A stretch of DNA of 64,000 nucleotides from a bacterium (GTDB lineage Bacteria > Patescibacteriota > Minisyncoccia > Phycocordibacterales > UBA12079), in the NCBI GenBank assembly GCA_018401295.1, contig JAGYLJ010000003.1, forward strand, positions 3,327 to 67,326, read 5' to 3'. Positions 29,020-36,571 of this stretch are shown here, piece after piece. The position numbers and the translations under genes were made by a program. Within the stretch, counting starts at the first letter, position 1; every line of letters begins with the position of its first letter. The notes beneath the pieces were generated by a model. That model had not been told where the DNA came from, searched no databases, and saw only the letters and a list, made by a program, of their open reading frames with translations.

Positions 29020-30129
29020 TTATTCATCTTTATCTGGTTTATCTATTAAAATCGGCTCAATTTCTACTGAATCACCAGTAATTTTGTAAACATCTTTATC
29101 TATTTTGTTCAATTCTTTACGCGAAGCATTAAAATGGTTAACTGTTGTAGCTAAAGAAGTTCCTAACTTTGTATGATAAGAATCATAAGCTTTTATATGA
29201 GCTTGTAATTTTTCAACATTTTTAATTATTTCTTTAGCTGATTCTTCTACTTTAAAAGCTTTAAATCCTTGCAAAATTGTACTCAAATAAGCCACAAAGG
29301 TTGTAGGAGAAACAATAATAACCTTTCTGTCCCTATAGGCATATTCAATCAATGATTTCATATTACTTTTAATTCCACCAACTTCATCAACTAACAAATC
29401 ATAATAGATGGCCTCGGCCGGAATATACATAATTGCAAAAGGTAATGTTCCCTCTTTAATTTTTATATACTTTGAAGTTTCGTCAATCCTCTTTTTTAAG
29501 TCATTCTTAAATTCTTTCTCTAAAATTATTTTTCTATTTTCGTCCTCTTCATTAATTACTCGATTATAATTATCTAATGAAAATTTAGCGTCTACTGGAA
29601 TTATTCCATCTTTAGCAAAAATTACAGCATCAACAACATCCCCATCCTTAAAAGGATATTGCATTTTGTAAGCGGTTGGAGGAAGAATATTCCCTAAAAT
29701 CAAATCTAAGCCGGCTTCTCCAAGGCTTCCTCTCTGCTTTTGATTTTTTAAAACTTTTTCAAGATTTTGTAGTTGTTCCGTCATCCCGAAAACTTGTTTA
29801 TTAGTTTCAGTAATTTCAGTAATCTTTTCTGTAACGTCTTTTATTATTTTTTGAGAATTATTAGCAATGTCGTTCATTAATTTTTGTGATTCACCAAACT
29901 GACTCTTAACCGATTCACTCATTAATTTTGAGGACTCACCAATTTTTAAATCTAAAGTTTTATTTAGATCATTCATCTGACCCTGTAACATCAAAAAACT
30001 CTTCTCATCTGCACTAATATCCTTATTTTCGCGGTCTTTTTTGATTTGTTTGAATATAAACCACAAAAAAATAACATTCAATACAAGAATTGATACTACT
30101 GGAATCAAAATAAAAACCAAGTCAGACAT
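29020..30129 (-). CDS. rmuC: DNA recombination protein RmuC
   Basis: N-terminal TM, KQRGSLGE, PVDAKF, FAIMYIPAEAIY, VSPTT. Confidence 0.92.
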   Translation of the reverse strand: MSDLVFILIPVVSILVLNVIFLWFIFKQIKKDRENKDISADEKSFLMLQGQMNDLNKTLDLKIGESSKLMSESVKSQFGESQKLMNDIANNSQKIIKDVTEKITEITETNKQVFGMTEQLQNLEKVLKNQKQRGSLGEAGLDLILGNILPPTAYKMQYPFKDGDVVDAVIFAKDGIIPVDAKFSLDNYNRVINEEDENRKIILEKEFKNDLKKRIDETSKYIKIKEGTLPFAIMYIPAEAIYYDLLVDEVGGIKSNMKSLIEYAYRDRKVIIVSPTTFVAYLSTILQGFKAFKVEESAKEIIKNVEKLQAHIKAYDSYHTKLGTSLATTVNHFNASRKELNKIDKDVYKITGDSVEIEPILIDKPDKDE

Positions 30130-30189
30130 ATCGCCATTATACTACAAAACTCAGTTTAATTTAAATATCAGAAAAACTATACATTCCGT

Positions 30190-32850
30190 TTATTTAACAG
30201 CCACAGCACCAATTAGATTTTGTGCAAATATTTTTTTCTCCTTCCTTCTAAAAAAGAAATACTTAGCAATCTCAATTAGGAAAACATCAAATAAACCTAA
30301 TCCAACAAGAATTAAGAAATCAAATAAATTAAGAGAAGTCGTATGAAGAATTGTCCTCAAAAAAGGGATTGAGAAAGAAGCCACCACCATTATCATTCCT
30401 GACAACCAAGCCATGATTAAGAACTTATTTCCTAGAATATTAATTTTCCAAAGGGGTTTGGTAAAAGATTTAAGAGAAAAAGCGAAGAACAAAGAGTCGA
30501 CAGAGAGAGCGACAAAGACAATTGTCCTAATCTCATCTAATGGTAAATCAAGTTTTATTAAAATGAAATACAACAATGTTATTATTGAACCTGTCGCTAA
30601 GCCAACAAATATTATCATTTTTTTAAGATTAGAGTTTAGAATTTCCTTTTCAGCTATAAAACGCCCTTCTCTTTTTTCATCCTTTTCCTTTGGTTCAAAA
30701 ACAAAAGAAAAATTCATTAAACCCTCCTCAACAATATTTATCCATAAAATTTGAGAGGCCAATAAAGGTAATGGTAAACCAAAAGCTAACGCACCACCAA
30801 TAACTAACACTTCGCTGGAACTAGTTGATAACAAATAAGCAACAATTTTTTTTAAATTACTAACAACTCTTCTCCCTTCTTCAATAGCGTAAACAATAAC
30901 GGAAAAACTATTATTCAAGAGAATCATATCTGCTGATTCCTTGGCTACTTCTGTCCCCCCCTCAACAGCAATCCCAACATTGGCGTTTCTTAGAGCGGGA
31001 GCGTCATTAATACCATCCCCTGTCATTGCAATTATTTCACCAGAACCCTTTAAAATTTTAGATATTCTTAATTTTTGAGAAGGGCTCATTCTTGCAAAAA
31101 CATTTACTTTTCCTAGTGCTACTTTTAACTCCTTATTGCTCATCTCATCAATATCTTTTCCTTCTAAAACTCTACCACCCTTTTTAATAATTCCTGCTTC
31201 CTCCGCTATTTTCTGTGCAGTTCCTTTGTTATCACCAGTCAACATGATCGTCCTGACTCCTAATTTTTCAGAAGTTTGTATCGCCTCTCTAACATCTTCC
31301 CTAATAGGGTCATCAAAAGCCAAAAGACCACAGAAAACTAAATCTTCTAAAGCATCCCCTTTAATTTTTTCTGCAGTAAATAATCTTGAGGCAATTGCAG
31401 TTAATCGCATTCCTTGTCTAGTTTTTTCTTCTAGGATGTTTTCAAAATACTCCATGTCATTCTTGGTCATCTTCACCTTTTTGTTTCCTTTTAATACAAA
31501 TCTAGATTTATTTAAAAGGGTCCCGGGTCGACCAGAAATATAAATTTGTTTTTTACCCTTTCCATGTTCATTTAAAGAAGCCGAGTAACCATTGTCGGAT
31601 GAAAATAATAACAAATCTAATCTTTTATTGCCCTCCTTTAGTTCATCTTGACTAATCCCTTGCTCTAATCCCGCCGAAATAATTGCTTTCTCTAAAGGAC
31701 GACCATTTATTATCAATTCACTTTTTTCGTCTCTTTCAATAAAAGCATCAGAGGTAAGAATAGCCCTTTTTAAGACCTCTTTTTTTTCTTCCTCTGAATT
31801 ACTAAGGGTTAGTATCTGAGATAATTTCATTTCGGCTTTTGTGATAGTCCCAGTTTTATCTGTTAAAATAACAGAGACATTCCCCATAGTTTCTGGTGCT
31901 AAAAGATTCTTAACCAAACCACCTTTTTTTAAAATCTCTTTCATACCAACTGCTAAAACGGAAGTCATAGCAATAGGAAGCCCTTGGGGAATAGCAGAAA
32001 TAGCAACGGCAATTGAAACTAGCAACATATTTGAGTAACTTTCACCATGGTAAACACCAACTGCAAAAATAATTATAACTGAGGTTAAAATAACGACAAA
32101 CAAAAATCTAACTAATTTATCTAGTTTTCTTTTCAAAGGAGTACTCATCTCAAAGTTCGACATATCCTCAGAAATTTCTCCCAACTGAGTGTTTTGTCCC
32201 GTCTCAACAACTACACCCTTACCATAACCATCAGAAACTAGAGTCCCCATCCACAGTAAATTAGTTTGATCTAATAAAGACGGATCAAGACCTCTTATTG
32301 GACCAGTATCTTTAGAAACTCCTATCCATTCACCTGTTAGAGTTGCTTCATTTATTAATAAATCCTTATTTTCAATTAACCTAATATCAGCAGGAACCGA
32401 AGAACCAGCTACTAATAAAACAATATCTCCTCTAACCAACTCCTCTACTGGAACAACCTTTTGTAGCCCCCCACGAACAACAGTGGCATACTTTTTCTGA
32501 GCAGTATTCAACTTCTCAAAAGCTTTATCAGCTTTATTTTCTTGTAATATGCCAACAACCAAATTAATAATAACAACAAGAAAAACAATAATAGCATCTA
32601 GAAATTGACCCAAAACAATGGCAATTATTCCAGCGATGATTAAAACAAAAGCCATTGGACTCTTTAGGTGATTAAATACTTTTTTAAGAAAAGTTATCTG
32701 TCTATCCTGATTTAACACATTCTTCCCATGGATCTTTTGTAATTGAAAAACCTCTGTCTCATCTAATCCTTTTTCTAAATCAGTTTTTAATTTTTTTTCT
32801 AACTCTTTTTTAGTAAGACTATACCAATTATTTTTTATTTTTGTTATCAT
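30190..32850 (-). CDS. P-type cation-transporting ATPase (type II-like)
   Basis: DKTGT, DDPIR, TGDN, TGDGINDAPAL. Confidence 0.93.
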   Translation of the reverse strand: MITKIKNNWYSLTKKELEKKLKTDLEKGLDETEVFQLQKIHGKNVLNQDRQITFLKKVFNHLKSPMAFVLIIAGIIAIVLGQFLDAIIVFLVVIINLVVGILQENKADKAFEKLNTAQKKYATVVRGGLQKVVPVEELVRGDIVLLVAGSSVPADIRLIENKDLLINEATLTGEWIGVSKDTGPIRGLDPSLLDQTNLLWMGTLVSDGYGKGVVVETGQNTQLGEISEDMSNFEMSTPLKRKLDKLVRFLFVVILTSVIIIFAVGVYHGESYSNMLLVSIAVAISAIPQGLPIAMTSVLAVGMKEILKKGGLVKNLLAPETMGNVSVILTDKTGTITKAEMKLSQILTLSNSEEEKKEVLKRAILTSDAFIERDEKSELIINGRPLEKAIISAGLEQGISQDELKEGNKRLDLLLFSSDNGYSASLNEHGKGKKQIYISGRPGTLLNKSRFVLKGNKKVKMTKNDMEYFENILEEKTRQGMRLTAIASRLFTAEKIKGDALEDLVFCGLLAFDDPIREDVREAIQTSEKLGVRTIMLTGDNKGTAQKIAEEAGIIKKGGRVLEGKDIDEMSNKELKVALGKVNVFARMSPSQKLRISKILKGSGEIIAMTGDGINDAPALRNANVGIAVEGGTEVAKESADMILLNNSFSVIVYAIEEGRRVVSNLKKIVAYLLSTSSSEVLVIGGALAFGLPLPLLASQILWINIVEEGLMNFSFVFEPKEKDEKREGRFIAEKEILNSNLKKMIIFVGLATGSIITLLYFILIKLDLPLDEIRTIVFVALSVDSLFFAFSLKSFTKPLWKINILGNKFLIMAWLSGMIMVVASFSIPFLRTILHTTSLNLFDFLILVGLGLFDVFLIEIAKYFFFRRKEKKIFAQNLIGAVAVK

Positions 32851-32882
32851 TGAAATTATTATACTATAATTTTAAAAAAAAT

Positions 32883-33344
32883 ATGTTATATGAACAAATA
32901 AAGAATAGCCTCAAAGAGGCTATGAAAAACAGAGATACTTTAAAGATAACTACTTTACGTGGAATTTTAGCTGGTTTTACTAACGAACTTATCAACCAAA
33001 AAATGAAACCTCAGGATGAAGTAACAGATGAACTAGCTATGACAGTAATTAAGAGAGCAGTAAAACAAAGAAAAGACTCTATTGAACAATTTGAAAAAGG
33101 TGAACGAGAAGATCTAGTTAAAATTGAAAAATCAGAACTAGAAATTTTAGAAAAATACTTACCAATAATGATGAATAGGGAGGAAATACAGAAAATAGCA
33201 ACAACCAGAAAAACCGAATTAGGAATTGAAGATAAATCTAAAATAGGTATTTTAATAGGAGCTGTTCTAAAAGATATAAAAACCGCCGGCGCTAGCGCCG
33301 ACGGTGGTGAAGTTAAAAAAGTTATCGAAGAACTCTTTGATTAA
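32883..33344 (+). CDS. GatB/YqeY domain protein
   Basis: LKEAMK, KQRKDSIEQF..G.REDL...E...LEKYLP; start placed at MLYEQ. Confidence 0.9.
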   Translation: MLYEQIKNSLKEAMKNRDTLKITTLRGILAGFTNELINQKMKPQDEVTDELAMTVIKRAVKQRKDSIEQFEKGEREDLVKIEKSELEILEKYLPIMMNREEIQKIATTRKTELGIEDKSKIGILIGAVLKDIKTAGASADGGEVKKVIEELFD

Positions 33345-33771
33345 AGTTTCCATTACACCCTGTTTTGGATAAAGGGAGCCCCTTTCTTTTCCCGTTACCA
33401 TTTCCGTTTCCGTTGCCGTTAACCTTCACTGTGTTTGCTGTCTTCAAAAGAACCATTACTCTGCCATTTTTGTAATGATTCTTTTTCCTTTCATAACTTC
33501 TAACTAATTCCTTAAGTGTGTCAAAGTCTTCTCCTTTCAAAAAATGACGGTGTAACTCCAAATACTGTTCCTTGGTAAACTTCACCACCTCTGGGATTAT
33601 TTTTTCGATCATGTCATGGCATTCTCCACACAAGAAAATGGTAGCCAAATTACCATTACCGTTTCCGAACCATCTTTTCGGAAAGACATGGTGTTTGGAC
33701 AGCCATCTTGTTTTTAAACAACAAATTCGAGGGCATAATCCCATTCTAGAGCCGCGGCGTGTTTTTCCCAA
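33322..33771 (-). CDS. Putative HNH endonuclease with NG repeats
   Basis: CPRIC...HHVFPKRWFG...N..LCGECHD; GAAAGGAG SD before TTG. Confidence 0.65.
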   Translation of the reverse strand: MGKTRRGSRMGLCPRICCLKTRWLSKHHVFPKRWFGNGNGNLATIFLCGECHDMIEKIIPEVVKFTKEQYLELHRHFLKGEDFDTLKELVRSYERKKNHYKNGRVMVLLKTANTVKVNGNGNGNGNGKRKGLPLSKTGCNGNFNQRVLR

Positions 33772-33883
33772 AATAGTTCTCCTTTCAAAATCAAATTAAA
33801 AGTTAACAAAGAAGACACTTACAAAATACAACCTGAAATTTAGACTACCTCCAAACAAGAAAAAAAGCAACCTTAAAAGGTGC

Positions 33884-34214
33884 CGGTCACCTTTTATACA
33901 AAAAAGGTGGCTGACACTTTTTTCATCTTCCGACTTTCGACCCCGCACGAAAGCCAAGCAGTTGACTTTCTCCCTCAGCAAAAATTAAAAAGCCTTTCGG
34001 CTTTTAATTTTGTGCTGAGGGGCGGGCTCGGTCACAAGTTACTAATAATTTTATTCGTGCTTCGCACTCTAAAATTATAAGTACTTTCGACCCCGTCTCA
34101 GTGTTGCTCCCTACGATAGCAACATCTTCCGACTTTCGACCCCGCACGAAAGCCAAGCAGTTGGCTTTCTCCCTCAGCACAAAATAAAAATAGCCTTACG
34201 GCTATTTTATTTTG
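33884..34214 (-). repeat. tRNA-Phe 3' module, tandem (about 1.6 units)
   Basis: 20-nt sense copy at 34011-34030; split antisense copy at 34135-34181; 57-nt direct repeat 33924-33980 / 34123-34179 (1 mismatch). Confidence 0.9.
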
Positions 34215-34287
34215 TGCTGAGGGGCGGGCTCGAACCGCCGACCCTTCGCTCTTCAGGCGAATGCTCTACCAACTGAGCTACCTCAGC
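34215..34287 (-). tRNA. tRNA-Phe(GAA)
   Basis: GCTGAGG...TTCGC-CTGAAGA-GCGAA...GGTTCGAGCC...CCTCAGC-A. Confidence 0.95.
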
Positions 34288-34350
34288 ATATCTTATTTTT
34301 AATATATTACTCTATTAACAACTTATTGAAAACCATCCTCATTCTTGCTC

Positions 34351-34566
34351 ATGCTCTTCCTCCTATTTCCTATCTCGCTTCGCTCGATATAGGAAATTTT
34401 TTCTTTCAGAAAAATCGGATAAAAAACAAAGCAGTTTGTTTTTTATCCAACTGAGCTACCTCAGCATTATAATTTGATTTTCAAAAAACCACCTTTAATT
34501 ATTTTGCCTTATACTGCACTTTAATATCAGCTGAACCTTGTCCCCGTCTTGATCAGGTATCTCAGC
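34351..34566 (-). repeat. Interrupted upstream copies of the tRNA-Phe 5' end
   Basis: 34447-34466 equals 34269-34288 and resumes as AGAGCAT at 34351-34357; degenerate further copy at 34525-34566. Confidence 0.8.
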
Positions 34567-34639
34567 GTTTCTCTACTTCGATTATATTACCTTATTATCA
34601 ATAATTTTCAATCAAGCTAGACAAAACTATCTTAAAAAC

Positions 34640-34878
34640 CTAATTTTGGAAAAGAAGATTTTTATACATATCTATATAAGGCTGAACGAAATAATAAGCA
34701 CCAAAAGAGGCCCCTATAATTATTACCCAATAAAAATACGGGCAATATTTCCAATAAATTGCTTACCCCTCCGCATCTTTCTTAGCATCTCTTGATTCTC
34801 TCTTGCAACTTCTAAGTTCTCCTTATTATAGAAAAAATTTGGGTTCTCCCTTATTATTCTTCTATCCTCTGGATCCAT
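34640..34878 (-). pseudogene. Frameshifted small membrane protein (MDPE...MRR...YWVIIIGASFGAYYFVQPY type)
   Basis: Frame 1 stops after ARIFIG; the TM helix continues in another frame across a T5 run; internal ATAATAAGG(G)AGAAC duplication. Confidence 0.55.
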
Positions 34879-34915
34879 GGATTAATTTTATCACAAATAT
34901 CTTTTAATAAAAACA

Positions 34916-35119
34916 CTCACTTCGTTCGCTTGTGCTCTCGGCAGGAATCGGACACAAATCACTAAATATATTTCTTCGCTTCGCTCGAAATCTATTAAGT
35001 GTTCGCGACCCCGCCTCATTATTGTTCGCTATCGCTCACAATATATTCCGGCTTTCGATTCCTGACACGAGCCAAGCAGTTGGCTCGTTCCGAGAGCACA
35101 ACCTCACTTCGTTCGCTTG
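34916..35119 (-). repeat. tRNA-Arg 3' module
   Basis: 38-nt direct repeat 34916-34953 / 35103-35140; split antisense copy at 35054-35100. Confidence 0.9.
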
Positions 35120-35191
35120 TGCTCTCGGCAGGAATCGGACCTGCTTCTAGACGTTAGGAGTGTCTTGTTCTATCCATTGAACTACGAGAGC
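35120..35191 (-). tRNA. tRNA-Arg(CCT)
   Basis: GCTCTCG...AGACA-CTCCTAA-CGTCT...GCAGG-TCCGATT-CCTGC-CGAGAGC-A. Confidence 0.92.
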
Positions 35192-35242
35192 ATTATGAGA
35201 AATTATTATTCCTGCCCTGTCGACGGGTAGCCGACAAAGCGA

Positions 35243-35294
35243 CTATCCATTGCCAACCCTAGGCTGGTCAGCCTTGGACTGAAACTACGAGAGC
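35243..35294 (-). repeat. Interrupted upstream copy of the tRNA-Arg 5' end
   Basis: GCTCTCGTAGTT, a 30-nt hairpin insert, then CAATGGATAG. Confidence 0.85.
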
Positions 35295-35326
35295 AAATTT
35301 AGGAATTTAATCCTAAATTTTTATTT

Positions 35327-35560
35327 TTATAAACCTAGTAAATCAGAAATTCTAGCTTGATCAAAACCAACCACAATCTCTCCTCCTATTTCAATCACAG
35401 GTACACCCATTTGGCCACTTTTATCTACTAATTCTTGCCTCTTTTTTTCATCAATAGAAACATCAAATACTTCCACAGGAACATTATTTTCATCAAAAAA
35501 ATCTTTGGCTAAATTACAATAACCACAAGTTGGAGTTGAATACATTTTTACTTTTTTCAT
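35327..35560 (-). CDS. Glutaredoxin / NrdH-redoxin
   Basis: YSTPTCGYC, SGQMGVPVI, VVGFD. Confidence 0.92.
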   Translation of the reverse strand: MKKVKMYSTPTCGYCNLAKDFFDENNVPVEVFDVSIDEKKRQELVDKSGQMGVPVIEIGGEIVVGFDQARISDLLGL

Positions 35561-35644
35561 CTTATTTTTTGTATTAATTTAATAATATGTTCATCTTACT
35601 ATCTTTGTAAAAAATTTCCAAATATATTAGACAAACTTAATCTC

Positions 35645-35848
35645 TGTGCGGGATACGGAAATCGGTCAGCTTCGCTCGATATTTTGCACCTTTGAAAAAG
35701 GTACAAAATATCTGAGCTACCCGACTCGCGCTCGGGCTGTCCGCCTCCACTACGTTTCGGCGGGCTTCACCAGCCCTCGGTTCAATTTCTGTATTCCAGT
35801 ACAAAAATATACTTCTCAAACGCTATCGCGTTTGTTTCGTTATTTTTG
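35645..35848 (-). repeat. tRNA-Gly 3' module
   Basis: 20-nt sense copy 35645-35664 equals 35847-35866; degenerate antisense copy at 35781-35803. Confidence 0.88.
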
Positions 35849-35919
35849 TGCGGGATACGGAAATCGAATCCGTGATTCAACCTTGGGAAGGTCGTGTTAT
35901 ACCACTTAACTAATCCCGC
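35849..35919 (-). tRNA. tRNA-Gly(CCC)
   Basis: GCGGGAT...CGACC-TTCCCAA-GGTTG...GGATTCGATTTCC...ATCCCGC-A. Confidence 0.94.
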
Positions 35920-36293
35920 AAAAAACTCAAAATTTTTGTCCAAAAACTTTCTTTTGGTGAACTCTCTTGTATACCATTAACATCTCCAACAGAATTTATA
36001 ATCACTGCTAATTGTTCCCCTTCTTTCACTACCCTAAATTTATCCCTAATTTCAGTTTCAATTCCTTTTTCAGTTTCTAGCATCTCTATTTCCGAAATCA
36101 TAGAAGAACTCCTGTCTTGTAATTCATTATATTCTTCTTCTGAAGTTATTTTATTATTATAAGAAATTTCCCTGCTTTTATAAACACCCCAAACACCTTT
36201 TGCTGTCAACAACACTAATATTAGTAATACTATCAAAACAGGCCAAGAATAAACAACCCTTTTTATTTTATTTTTACTTTTTAAACGTGACAT
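35910..36293 (-). CDS. Septum formation initiator (FtsB/DivIC family)
   Basis: TM, coiled coil, IETEIRDKFRVVKEGE. Confidence 0.8.
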   Translation of the reverse strand: MSRLKSKNKIKRVVYSWPVLIVLLILVLLTAKGVWGVYKSREISYNNKITSEEEYNELQDRSSSMISEIEMLETEKGIETEIRDKFRVVKEGEQLAVIINSVGDVNGIQESSPKESFWTKILSFLRD

Positions 36294-36340
36294 ATTTTAT
36301 TTAATTGAAAAAGACTAATTAAAAGTATAATATATAGAAT

Positions 36341-36448
36341 ATGTTATTTGATAAAAAAAGTAAAAAGTTTATTCAAATTTCTTGGATTGTCATAGGGATC
36401 TTAGTAGCTGTCAGTATGGTAGCTATGTATGTTCCTATGTGGCAATAA
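36341..36448 (+). CDS. 35-aa single-TM small protein
   Basis: MLFDKKSKKFIQISWIVIGILVAVSMVAMYVPMWQ*, TATAAT 9 nt upstream; below the ORF-track cutoff. Confidence 0.6.
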   Translation: MLFDKKSKKFIQISWIVIGILVAVSMVAMYVPMWQ

Positions 36449-36452
36449 GTAC

Positions 36453-36552
36453 AGTCGAGAGCCTATAAAGTTTTTAAATTCAAAGGTAAAAATTTGCTCT
36501 GCAAATTTTTCTTACTTTACAGACTTTCGACTTTATGGACCTTATAAACTTA
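36453..36552. repeat. ~90-bp palindromic element, copy 3
   Basis: Central AAAAATTTGCTCTGCAAATTTTT flanked by AAAG / GACTTT repeats. Confidence 0.7.
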
Positions 36553-36571
36553 TCTTGCTGGTAGGCAAGAC

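Noticed and set aside
34011-34232. Prophage or integrative element attL/attR at tRNAs
   Set aside because: The direct repeats enclose only ~180-200 nt with no integrase or cargo, and an att pair does not explain the antisense arms. Kept only as a partial analogy.
33884-35919. CRISPR array
   Set aside because: The repeats are tRNA fragments in 2-3 copies with ~190-nt periods and structured, homologous interiors. There is no constant repeat with unique spacers and no cas gene in the window.
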